The notes beneath the pieces were generated by a model, which saw nothing but the letters and a program-made list of their open reading frames with translations, did not search any database and was not told the origin of the DNA. From Thermoplasmatota archaeon (GTDB lineage: Archaea; Thermoplasmatota; E2; JACPAO01; JAHFTW01), in contig JBAZXE010000004.1 of NCBI GenBank assembly GCA_041659985.1, positions 1-63,357 of the forward strand: a stretch of 63,357 nucleotides of DNA. Reading direction: 5' to 3'. Each line of letters opens with the position of its first letter. The stretch's first letter is position 1. The translations under genes were made by a program, and so were the position numbers. This document shows, piece after piece, positions 50,964 to 59,392 of this stretch.

Positions 50964-51971
50964 TCACGCGAAGCAGTAGACTTCGTGCAAGAACGCCGGT
51001 ACGCTGGAGGTCGGAATCTTCGCGCCCGCCGAGTTGGGGTGCCCACCGCCCACGATGCCGTGCTGCTGCGTGAACTCCGACACGAACTGCCCGAGGTTGA
51101 ATGAGTCGGGGTCCAATCCCGTGGACCGCATGGAGAGCGAGGAGAGGTTGTTGCGCCGGTTCAGCATGACCGCAACACTCGCGCCCATCTCCTTGGCAAC
51201 CTCGGTGAGGGCGCGGCTGCCGAAGCCGAAGAGGCTGACCTTGTGGCGGCCGAAGCGCAAGAGAGCGACGTTGTGCTTGAGCTCGATGCGTTCGCGCACG
51301 CGGTCGAGGGCGCGGTCCCAGCGGTGCTCGTTAACCATCTGGTGGTAGCGCGCCTTGATCTCGGAGACCTCGGAGGGCCAGCGACCGGCGGCGAGCTTGC
51401 GGGCGGCGTTGTAGCGGAAGCGGTCGTCGTCAACGCGGTAGCGCCAAGCGAAGTCCAACATGCGGGCCTCCTCCTCGAGGCGATCCATGCCGAACGTCTT
51501 CTCCGCGTCGCTCAGAAGCGGGGAGTCACAGTACTCGACGAGGTCGGCGAGGGCGACGAGGTGCCGGTGCTCACCGTTGAGGCCGAGGTGGTCATAGGCG
51601 ACACCGGCCGCAGAGACCCCTTGGCGGACGACGCCCTCCATTTCGCCGTCGAGGGCGTCCAATTGGAACTCCGATTGCTCGTGGTGGTCGAGGTAAGTGA
51701 CCTTCTGGCGCGTCTTCGCCTTGTCATTGAGGGTCTTGATGAGGCGGGGCGTCAAGCCCAGGTCGCACAAGTAGAACTCGTGGCTGGAGATGTCCTTGCG
51801 CAGGATGTCGACGGCCATGTCGCCGGAGGGAACGAAGGAGATGCGCGCCCCGGGGTCGTGCGCCAAAAAGAGCGCGGCAGAGACAATCCCGTCGACATTC
51901 CCCCGCGTCAGCAGGTGGACTCGGCGGTCGTCTTTGGAACGGAGTTCCGACGCCAGTGCAATCCCACTCGC
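50964..51971 (-). CDS. DHH/DHHA1-family phosphoesterase; the N-terminal motif lies upstream of the first canonical start (possible frameshift or atypical start)
   Basis: YLDHHE (DHH motif) and GGGHPNSAGAKI (DHHA1). The listed ORF starts at TTG 51866, but the same frame reads ASGIALASELRSKDDRRVHLLTRGNVDGIVSAALF from 51971 to 51867 and contains DHH motif I. The in-frame TGA 51974..51972 overlaps an ATG at 51975 in the +1 frame. Confidence 0.7.
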   Translation of the reverse strand, partial: ASGIALASELRSKDDRRVHLLTRGNVDGIVSAALFLAHDPGARISFVPSGDMAVDILRKDISSHEFYLCDLGLTPRLIKTLNDKAKTRQKVTYLDHHEQSEFQLDALDGEMEGVVRQGVSAAGVAYDHLGLNGEHRHLVALADLVEYCDSPLLSDAEKTFGMDRLEEEARMLDFAWRYRVDDDRFRYNAARKLAAGRWPSEVSEIKARYHQMVNEHRWDRALDRVRERIELKHNVALLRFGRHKVSLFGFGSRALTEVAKEMGASVAVMLNRRNNLSSLSMRSTGLDPDSFNLGQFVSEFTQQHGIVGGGHPNSAGAKIPTSSVPAFLHEVYCFA

Positions 51972-52047
51972 TCATCCGGCTCCCAAGATTTAGCCCTTGG
52001 CAATTCCTCTCCTGGGCCGAAGGGCGCTGTTTCCTCTGGAGAGCGAC

Positions 52048-52356
52048 TTATTTTCCACGCGAAGCGGGGGTGTGGCCACAATGCCGGCAGGGGCCTTTCC
52101 GGGCCGTTGGATGGCCACAACGGGCACACCATCGCTCGGATGACCGTGGTGCGGCGAAGAGGTCCTTCAGCGGAACCGCGGCGGGGCGCCAGCGGCCCCA
52201 CCACGGAAGCAAGGTCAACGCCATCCCCAAAGCGGCAAGGAGGCAGATTCCTGCGAAGAGATTCCATGCGCGGCCTCCCGGCAGGTCCCGGCCTGCGACG
52301 CCGAGGGCCAAACCGAGGGCGAAAACCCCGCCGGCAATCCAGGCCCGCCGTCGCAC
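52048..52356 (-). CDS. Small membrane protein with a C-terminal zinc-ribbon (CxxC...CxxC)
   Basis: 102 aa, GTG start, two TM helices, then CARCGHPTARKGPCRHCG. A CTTAAC box at 52380..52385 lies 26-27 nt upstream. Confidence 0.5.
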   Translation of the reverse strand: MRRRAWIAGGVFALGLALGVAGRDLPGGRAWNLFAGICLLAALGMALTLLPWWGRWRPAAVPLKDLFAAPRSSERWCARCGHPTARKGPCRHCGHTPASRGK

Positions 52357-52379
52357 GCGCGTCGAACCTTGGAACCGGT

Positions 52380-52385
52380 GTTAAG
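52380..52385 (-). promoter_or_regulatory. TATA-like box (CTTAAC on the coding strand), overlapping the dphB stop
   Basis: Centre is 26-27 nt upstream of GTG 52356. Confidence 0.4.
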
Positions 52386-53172
52386 CCGACCGGGACGAGC
52401 CCGCTGCGCCCAAGCCAAAGGTGCCCCACGCTTCCTGCTCGACGACTTGCATCTGGCCCGGAACGACGATGCAGTGCAACGGAGGGCCAAACTCCGCATC
52501 CTTGAGTTCGCCTACGGCGCCCGTGGTGACTCCCGGATTCGCCGCCCCCGCCCGGGCCACGACACCGACTTGCGTCGAGGGGCCAAACCAGGTGTTCCCC
52601 GTTCGTTGCGCCAGGTCGAGAAGAAGCGCCAGTCCCTCGTTGGCCGTCATGAAGTAGCCGAGATCTGCCTTGATGTCCAGAAGGACCAACGTGTGCAGAC
52701 CGCGTGCGTGGTTCTCGGCAACGGCATCGAACGGCGACGTCGGGGACCAGCCCTTCTCCGGCTTCACCAATGTTGTGGCTCGGCCGAACTTGTAGTGCTG
52801 CAATCCCAAAAGACCCGGAGCCGCGGAGAAGATGCTGGGCGCATGGACGACCTGTAGGGCGACTCCGGCCTGGCGGAAGCGGACGAGGAGGTCGGCGTGC
52901 GTCGTGGCGGCCATCGGGTCACCGGCGACTAGGAGGACAACGTCCTTCGTCCGCGCTTCCTCCAGGAGCTTGGGTCCTCCTTTCTCGACGCCAAGCCGGT
53001 CGAGCACCTGGACGGGGCGGCCCAGGAAGGCCTCCAACTCCTCCTTCGTGGCGGATAGGATGGCGGTGTAGAACTCCGCATACACCGTATCAGCGGCGCG
53101 GGCGACCTCGAGGCCGCGCACCGTCATGGACTTGGGGTCATGCAGGCCCAGGCCGACGAGGTGCAGCGCCAC
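52381..53172 (-). CDS. dphB: Diphthine synthase
   Basis: GTG 53172 inside ORF 52381..53439. ALHLVGLGLHDPKSMTVRGLEVARAADTVYAEFYT, LLVAGDPMAATTH, TLVLLDIK. Confidence 0.9.
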   Translation of the reverse strand: MALHLVGLGLHDPKSMTVRGLEVARAADTVYAEFYTAILSATKEELEAFLGRPVQVLDRLGVEKGGPKLLEEARTKDVVLLVAGDPMAATTHADLLVRFRQAGVALQVVHAPSIFSAAPGLLGLQHYKFGRATTLVKPEKGWSPTSPFDAVAENHARGLHTLVLLDIKADLGYFMTANEGLALLLDLAQRTGNTWFGPSTQVGVVARAGAANPGVTTGAVGELKDAEFGPPLHCIVVPGQMQVVEQEAWGTFGLGAAGSSRSA

Positions 53173-53287
53173 GACCCGCCGACTCGCCGCCTCCTCAAGG
53201 CTTTGCCGCGCAGCCCCTGACCCGAGCCGGCCGCCGGGCCGGTCTGTTGGGTCAAGGGCTAAACCCCCTGCACCGCCTCTCCATGCT

Positions 53288-54295
53288 GTGGTCCAGGCCC
53301 CTGGCATCCGCGTCCCGCGCAGCGAGGCGGAAAGCACACGGCGGCGCCTGCTCGAGCTGCAGGTCCTGCGCATCGACTTGCAGGTGGCCCGCGACGGTGA
53401 CGACGTCGTCTTCCCCGTCGCCGACAGCTGCGGGCCCACGCTGCCTACGGCGCCGTTCGACTTCGTTGCCCGCCCCGTGCGTCCGGAAGGATATCAGGAC
53501 CTCCTGCGCTGGCCGCCAGAGTTGCTGGCGCAGGCGCCGCGCGCCTTCGACCAGGTCGGAGACATCATCGTCGTCAAGATTCCTCCCGAGCTCGCGGACC
53601 GCACCGGGGAACTCGGCGAGGCGCTGCGCGATTTCCATGACGCGCGCGCCGTCTTCCACGACAACGGCGTCAAGGATCCCTACCGCGTCCGCGACCTCGT
53701 CCTCATCGCCGGCGAAGGCGAGGCGCTGACGCAGGTCGGCGAGAACGGCGTCCGTCTTTGGGTTGACTTGTCGAAGGCGTACTTCTCGCCGCGACTGGCC
53801 TCGGAACGCGCGCGGGTCGCCGGTTTGGTGCAGCCGGGCGAGACGGTGGCCGACCTTTTCGGCGGCGTCGCCCCCTTCGGCGTGCAGGCGGCCAAGCGCG
53901 GCGCCACCGTGGACTCCGTCGACATCAACCCCGAAGCCGTGGCGCTGGCGAAGCTCAACGTCGCCGACAACGGGCTCATCGGGCACGTGCGCCTGTGGCT
54001 GGGCGACGCCCGTGAAGTCGTCAAAGAACTCCAGCCGGCTGACCGCGTGGTGATGAACCTCCCGCACGGCGCCAAGCATTTCCTCGACGTGGCAGCCCGC
54101 GTCGCCAAACCGACTGCGATGGTGCACTACCACGAAATCCTCGCACCGGCGCAGGCCCCGATGCGGGCCCTCAAGGTGTTGGAGGAGATGGGGCTTTGCG
54201 GTTGGACGGGCCGCCTCGCCGGCCACCGCGTCGTGCGCAACTACTCGCCACAGGAAGCCCACATCGTCTTCGACCTGCAGGGAGTCGCAACGTGA
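53288..54295 (+). CDS. trm5: tRNA (guanine37-N1)-methyltransferase Trm5 family
   Basis: GTG 53288 inside ORF 53126..54295. FDQVGDIIVVKIP, VDLSKAYFSPRLASER, VADLFGGVAPFGVQAAK, VMNLPHGA. A CTAAAC box at 53259..53264 lies upstream. Confidence 0.85.
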   Translation: MVQAPGIRVPRSEAESTRRRLLELQVLRIDLQVARDGDDVVFPVADSCGPTLPTAPFDFVARPVRPEGYQDLLRWPPELLAQAPRAFDQVGDIIVVKIPPELADRTGELGEALRDFHDARAVFHDNGVKDPYRVRDLVLIAGEGEALTQVGENGVRLWVDLSKAYFSPRLASERARVAGLVQPGETVADLFGGVAPFGVQAAKRGATVDSVDINPEAVALAKLNVADNGLIGHVRLWLGDAREVVKELQPADRVVMNLPHGAKHFLDVAARVAKPTAMVHYHEILAPAQAPMRALKVLEEMGLCGWTGRLAGHRVVRNYSPQEAHIVFDLQGVAT

Positions 54296-54975
54296 CGGCC
54301 GACGGGGGGCGCTTCGACCTCGTCACACTCGATTTGGACGGGACGCTCATTCCGCACGACACGGTCTTCGCCGCCATCCTGCGCGACAACGGGTTCGCCA
54401 AGCAAGCCGAGGAGACCGATGGAGCGTACTTCGCTGGCCGAATGAGTCTGGAGGAGTGCTTCTGGGCGCAATGGCGGCTCATCCAACCTCTCACCCTCGC
54501 GGATTTGCACCGTTCCTTGCGCAAGGCGACGTGGCTGCCGGGAATCGCCGAGGGAGTGGCGCGATTGAAGGCGGCGAGCTTGCGGGTTTGCCTGCTCACC
54601 GACCAGCCATCGACGTGCACGGATTTCCTGGGTCGCTGGGGCCTCACCGAGGCTATCTGCAGCCCCGTCGCCGTCAAGGAAGGCAAGCAAATGGCCATCG
54701 AGGCGCGCTTCGACAAGCTGGCGAACCTGCGACGCCGCCTGGTGGAGTGGGGCCTTCCGGAATCCCGCGTCTGCCATGTCGGCAACGGCGTCAACGATAT
54801 CCCCGTGTTCGGCGCTGTCGGTGGCTCCGTCGCCGTCTACGACAACGTGCAGGTGCGTTCCGCTGCGCAGGCCTGGCTCCCCGAACCCGCCAGCCTCAAC
54901 GACGTCGTCGACGCGGTTTTGGCACTTCACGCCGGGAAGACGGAATCCAGGGTGAAATCGCCCCAAACGCGGTAG
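54292..54975 (+). CDS. HAD-superfamily hydrolase (phosphoserine-phosphatase-like subfamily IB)
   Basis: GTG 54292 (GTGA overlap with the trm5 stop). LVTLDLDGTLIP motif I and HVGNGVNDIPVF motif IV. Confidence 0.8.
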   Translation: MTADGGRFDLVTLDLDGTLIPHDTVFAAILRDNGFAKQAEETDGAYFAGRMSLEECFWAQWRLIQPLTLADLHRSLRKATWLPGIAEGVARLKAASLRVCLLTDQPSTCTDFLGRWGLTEAICSPVAVKEGKQMAIEARFDKLANLRRRLVEWGLPESRVCHVGNGVNDIPVFGAVGGSVAVYDNVQVRSAAQAWLPEPASLNDVVDAVLALHAGKTESRVKSPQTR

Positions 54976-56102
54976 TCCAGGGTCACAGGGAGCGTGCCGG
55001 TGTTCTCCCACAGCAGCGAGTAGCCGCCTTTGCGGTGGTTGGTGAAGTTCCCCCGACCGCTGTCCGCCTCTTCATCGACGTGGTTCTCCACGACGTCGTT
55101 GAAGTGGCTGTGCACATCGAAGTGGACCGTACTGGACGTCGACCAAGTCCAGTAGAACGTCGTGTGGTTCTCCATCTGGGTGTTGATCTCGAAGAACTGC
55201 CCAGGCGCGATGGCGCGGGATCCGGCCAGAAGTTCCTCGTCGCCGGCCACGACGGACATGCGCACCGAAAGCGTCCACGCAGCATTGACGGCCAAGTCGC
55301 TGGCGATGGCGTACGTCCAGGAGCCGGTCTTGGGGGCGTCCACCTCAACGTTGAGCGCGCCGTTGGCCATGTTGCCGGTGAACGCGCCGCCGCCGTCGGG
55401 GTCGGACAAGTCGATGCGCATCTCGTACTGTGTGGGCGTCCACAAGAGTGTCGCCTCGAGGAGAACGGTCCCGTTGGGCACGCGGAATGCCCCCGTGGAT
55501 TGCGCAGGCTGGAGCGGAGAAGACGTCAGCTGCCCCGTCGCGTTGTAGTATTCGACCGTTGGACCGGCGTGGTCGTGCATGCCGTCGTCAATGTCGGCGT
55601 CGGCCGAGACGAGGGGGACGACTTGCGTGAGGGCGCCGAGGACAGCGGCCACCACGATGCCGAGGGCCACCAGCACGACGCCGAGACGGTGGCCAAGCGG
55701 ACTCGCCTCACCGAGGGTCCCGGCCTTGTGCGCCTTGACGAGGCGAGGGGCAACGACTTCGAAGAGATAGATGGCGGCGCCTTGCCCGATGAATAGGAAG
55801 AGATGCTTGATTGCAATGGCTCGCACCCATGGGGACTCGCCGAATTGCTCCAAAGTCGGGTGGCCGGTCTGGAACGTCCGCATGAATCCGCCGAGGAGGT
55901 TCATGACGATGGACAGGTAGGTCACGAAGGCCGCCGTGTCGAGCACCTTGCGGTGGTTGTGCCCCTGGGCGACCAAGTGGCGGTGCCAGGCAATGTACCC
56001 GACGAGACCGCCGAGGAAGGCGATGGCGCCCAGGGTGTGCAGGACGCTGCCTAGCACGACACCAAGCTGGGAATCGTTGAACTCGGCGAACGGGTTGGCC
56101 AC
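54927..56102 (-). CDS. Membrane protein: N-terminal His-containing multi-TM domain plus C-terminal extracytoplasmic beta-rich domain
   Basis: 391 aa, GTG start. TM region has WHRHLVAQGHNHRK. The C-terminal domain has HFDVHSHFNDVVENHVDEE. The family is unknown to me. Confidence 0.65.
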   Translation of the reverse strand: MANPFAEFNDSQLGVVLGSVLHTLGAIAFLGGLVGYIAWHRHLVAQGHNHRKVLDTAAFVTYLSIVMNLLGGFMRTFQTGHPTLEQFGESPWVRAIAIKHLFLFIGQGAAIYLFEVVAPRLVKAHKAGTLGEASPLGHRLGVVLVALGIVVAAVLGALTQVVPLVSADADIDDGMHDHAGPTVEYYNATGQLTSSPLQPAQSTGAFRVPNGTVLLEATLLWTPTQYEMRIDLSDPDGGGAFTGNMANGALNVEVDAPKTGSWTYAIASDLAVNAAWTLSVRMSVVAGDEELLAGSRAIAPGQFFEINTQMENHTTFYWTWSTSSTVHFDVHSHFNDVVENHVDEEADSGRGNFTNHRKGGYSLLWENTGTLPVTLDYRVWGDFTLDSVFPA

Positions 56103-56312
56103 GGCAGCGACGACTTCCAGGAATGCGGGATGAAGGTTGTGGTGTTGCGTACCGGGCTTCGGGCGGCCTGGGATTGAGCAGATTGGATTGGCACGTTTCC
56201 GGGAGAGGCGAGCCAGAATTCATCCGATGGCCGGTTCAATTGTCGAAGGCAGCGACGGCCAAGTTCCCATGGACTAATTCAAGCCGCAGTCTCCCGCACT
56301 TCGGACGCTAAC

Positions 56313-59300
56313 CTACCGTTTCCAGTACATGTTGGTCCGTGCGAACGTCAACTCCGCCGTCAGGATCTCGCGCCAGAATCCCGGGCTTTCCGGGTCCTGG
56401 ACCTTCTGCAGGATGCGCGCCGCCGTGTCGGGGCCGACACCACGCGCCACGAGGCAGCGGCAGGCGATGTTGCCGTAGGCGGCCACCATGGCGCCGTTGC
56501 GCACCATGCGCTCGCGTTCGTGGCGTTCCTCCGGTGTCAGTTTCTTCGGTTCTTTGTGCTTGAGCAGGGGAACTTTGTCCTCGTTCCACGGTCGCAGGCA
56601 AGCGACTTGGATGCTCTGGCAGCGCCGGCAGGCAATCTTGCGGGGAAGGAGGAGGACCTTGCTCTGCCAATGGTTGCCGCATGTCGTGCAGGCCAGCAGA
56701 GCATCGGAATCCTCGATGCGGGAGCGGACGGCCGCCAAGACGGCCTCGTCGGTCTTCGGGGACGCCATCAACCGGCGGCTCTCGTCCTGGCCGAGGAAGG
56801 AGAGCGGGCCTTGCCCTTGGATGGTGAAGAGGAGGCCGGCGGCAATCTGGGCGCAGAAGGCGGCGACGGCGGCGACGTCCATGCGGTCGTGGATGAGGCG
56901 GGCGAGCGTCTCTTCCTGCAGGGCGATGTGCTCGAAGAGGGCGTCGAGCTTGCGGCGGCCGAAGCGGTTGGGGTCGAGCTCCTTGGGCAGCGCCCCGAAG
57001 TGCTTGGCGACGTGGACGAGGTGGTAGCGCACCATGGGCGAATCGCGCAGCACGAGCGCCAGCAGCAGGCCAAGGCTGGCCGGGTCGATGGCCTTCCACG
57101 TGTCGACGAGTTCCTGGCTCGGTCGTGGCTGCGGGAGGGTGAAGTGGATGCGGTAGGCGTCGGCCTCCATGCCCAAGGGGGCGCCGAGTCGTTGGTGCAT
57201 GAGCGATTGCGTAATGCGGCCAAGCGCCTCGTTGCCGCGCGTGCCGAGAGCGACGTTGACGATGACGATGCGGCGGTTGACCTCCAAGGTCACGCGGGTG
57301 TCCGTCGGCACCTGAAGGCCCTGCGCCTTCTGTTTCTCGATGGGCTCCAAGGCCTTGGCGCGGATGGCCGGTGACAACGGATAGGCCGCCAGGGCCTTCT
57401 CGTCGCCCTCGGCGAGGTGGCGGCGCAGGCGGGCGACCTCCTGCGCGACGTCGAAGGACACGGGAAGTTGCGCTCCCGTCCATTGCGGGATGGGGCCGAG
57501 TTCCTTGACGGGCGCAACGCGGACGCGGGCGGTCTCCACGTCCACTTCCAAGACGCGCCAGGAACGGCCGGCCATGACGATGAGGGCACCTTGCGCCATG
57601 CTGGCGGCCACGAAGGCATCGTCCACGGTGCCGATGCTGCGTTTCGTGGACTCGTCGATGACGCGGTACGTCTTCTCGTCGGGGATGAGCGAGATGTGGT
57701 CGAGGAAATGCCGGCGCGCGCGGCCCGACCGGCCGTAGGTGTTGACCGTCTTGGATGGCGGCGACAGATCGGGTCCGTCATCGAACGGCGCCAGGATGGG
57801 GCCTTCGTCGCGGTCTTCGCGGTCGTCATCCGGGTCCGCCTTGGCCACCCAACGTTGTCCGGCCGGCCCGCCGTCGTCGGGGAAGACCGTCTTGACGTCG
57901 AGCAGCGTTTCCCAGGTGGCGTCGAACAGGTTGTCGTCGAGGTCGAGGAAGCAGCCGGCGCGCTGCACGAGGGTGCGCGCCCAGGCGCGGTCGAGGCCGG
58001 CGTACTCGTTCGTCAAGGCGACGAGCTGGTTGGCCAGCACGACGAGCGGGTCGAGGCGCAGCACAAGCGGTTCGAGGCGGCCTTCCTTGGCGCGGCGGGC
58101 GACGGCCAGACACTCCAGGATGTCCTCGGGGCCGGTCGCCACCAGCGTGCCGTCGGAGATGGCGCCGACGCGGTGGCCGGAGCGACCCAGGCGCTGCACG
58201 AGGCGGGCGACGCTGCGCGGGCTGCCGACTTGCACGACATGGTCGATGGCGCCCACGTCGATGCCCAACTCGAGGCTTGACGTGGCGACGAGGGCGCGGA
58301 TGCGGCCGGCCTTGAAGCCCTCCTCCACTTCGGTGCGCACCTCGGCGGAGAGCGAACCATGGTGCAGGCCCAGCAGGGGCTCCCGTCCGGCCTCCTGGTC
58401 AAGCAATCCGCTTCGGCTGGCCAAGAGTTCGGCGCCGTCGCGCGTGTTGTGGAAGACGAGGACGCGCTTGTGCTCCTGGCAAAGGTTGCGGATGGCGTGC
58501 ATCTGCGCCACGATGTTCGGGGGCACGGCCAGCCGGGCTGCAAGTTCTGCATCCCCGGGACCCGGCTCCGGGTGGATGACCTGGAGTTGGATGACCTTGG
58601 AGCCCTTGACGACCACGACTTCGACGAGGCGGTCACGGCCGCCCAGCCAGCGAGCGACGGAGGCTGGATCGGCGACGGTGGCGGAGACACCGATGCGCTG
58701 GAACGCGCCGCCCGGCCGCGCGTGGCTGGCCTTGGGGCCCGGTCGTTCGGGGGCCTTGGATTCGCGCAGGGCGGCCGGTTGGCCGATGACCTCCTCGATG
58801 CGTTCGAGGGCGACCAGGAATTGCGCTCCGCGTTCGGACACCGCCAAGTCGTGCACTTCATCGAGGATGACGAAACGCGTGGTCGCCAGATGCTTGCGCA
58901 ACGTGTCGCCGTAGAGCAGAAGCTGCACCGTCTCCGGCGTCGTGATGAGCAGGTCGGGAGGATCCTTCGACTGCCGGGTGCGCTCGCCTGCACTAGTGTC
59001 GCCGTGGCGGACCCCGATGTTGAAGCCGAGCGCCTCGCCCCAGGATTCCAGGCGGCCCATGAGGTCGCGGTTGAGGGCGCGCAGCGGCGTCACGTAGAGG
59101 ACCTTGAATCCCTTCGGCCACGGCTTTCCGTCGCGGGCCAAGCGGTCGCGTTCGATCATCATGCGGCTGAGGACCGGGATGAGGCTGGCCTCCGTCTTGC
59201 CGTATCCCGTCGGGGCGACGAGAAGGGTGTGCTTGCCGGCCAGGAGCGGCGCCAGCGCCTGGTCTTGCGCGATGGTGAGCCCGTCCCAACCTTGGTCGCG

Positions 59301-59342
59301 CAGGAGCTGGACCAGGCGCGGATGCAGTCCAAGCTCCTCCAT
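56313..59342 (-). CDS. lhr: Lhr-like large ATP-dependent DEAD/DEAH-box helicase
   Basis: 1009 aa. LLVAPTGYGKTE (motif I), ILDEVHDL (motif II), VATSSLELGIDVG, QRLGRSGH, and a C-terminal Cys cluster CTTCGNHW...CRRC. Confidence 0.9.
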   Translation of the reverse strand: MEELGLHPRLVQLLRDQGWDGLTIAQDQALAPLLAGKHTLLVAPTGYGKTEASLIPVLSRMMIERDRLARDGKPWPKGFKVLYVTPLRALNRDLMGRLESWGEALGFNIGVRHGDTSAGERTRQSKDPPDLLITTPETVQLLLYGDTLRKHLATTRFVILDEVHDLAVSERGAQFLVALERIEEVIGQPAALRESKAPERPGPKASHARPGGAFQRIGVSATVADPASVARWLGGRDRLVEVVVVKGSKVIQLQVIHPEPGPGDAELAARLAVPPNIVAQMHAIRNLCQEHKRVLVFHNTRDGAELLASRSGLLDQEAGREPLLGLHHGSLSAEVRTEVEEGFKAGRIRALVATSSLELGIDVGAIDHVVQVGSPRSVARLVQRLGRSGHRVGAISDGTLVATGPEDILECLAVARRAKEGRLEPLVLRLDPLVVLANQLVALTNEYAGLDRAWARTLVQRAGCFLDLDDNLFDATWETLLDVKTVFPDDGGPAGQRWVAKADPDDDREDRDEGPILAPFDDGPDLSPPSKTVNTYGRSGRARRHFLDHISLIPDEKTYRVIDESTKRSIGTVDDAFVAASMAQGALIVMAGRSWRVLEVDVETARVRVAPVKELGPIPQWTGAQLPVSFDVAQEVARLRRHLAEGDEKALAAYPLSPAIRAKALEPIEKQKAQGLQVPTDTRVTLEVNRRIVIVNVALGTRGNEALGRITQSLMHQRLGAPLGMEADAYRIHFTLPQPRPSQELVDTWKAIDPASLGLLLALVLRDSPMVRYHLVHVAKHFGALPKELDPNRFGRRKLDALFEHIALQEETLARLIHDRMDVAAVAAFCAQIAAGLLFTIQGQGPLSFLGQDESRRLMASPKTDEAVLAAVRSRIEDSDALLACTTCGNHWQSKVLLLPRKIACRRCQSIQVACLRPWNEDKVPLLKHKEPKKLTPEERHERERMVRNGAMVAAYGNIACRCLVARGVGPDTAARILQKVQDPESPGFWREILTAELTFARTNMYWKR

Positions 59343-59392
59343 GGCTTGCGACCCAGGGCGTGTCCTACTTCAAGGGATGCCAGGCGGGGCCC

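Larger units (their letters stand above)
49690..50985. other. Low-GC islet (two genes) between rpl11 and the DHH gene
   Basis: Hand counts of 60-nt lines give 45-60% GC here, against 62-72% in the flanking lines. Confidence 0.6.

Noticed and set aside
51243-52505. 420-aa + strand ORF
   Set aside because: It is antisense to the DHH gene and the small Zn-ribbon gene. No motif.
56308-58993. Alternative-frame ORFs inside lhr (56308..57483, 57290..57829, 58013..58993 on the minus strand, and + strand ORFs 57417..58280, 57739..58914, 58359..59747)
   Set aside because: The 1009-aa frame carries all the helicase motifs. The others are Arg/Pro/Ala-rich off-frame products.
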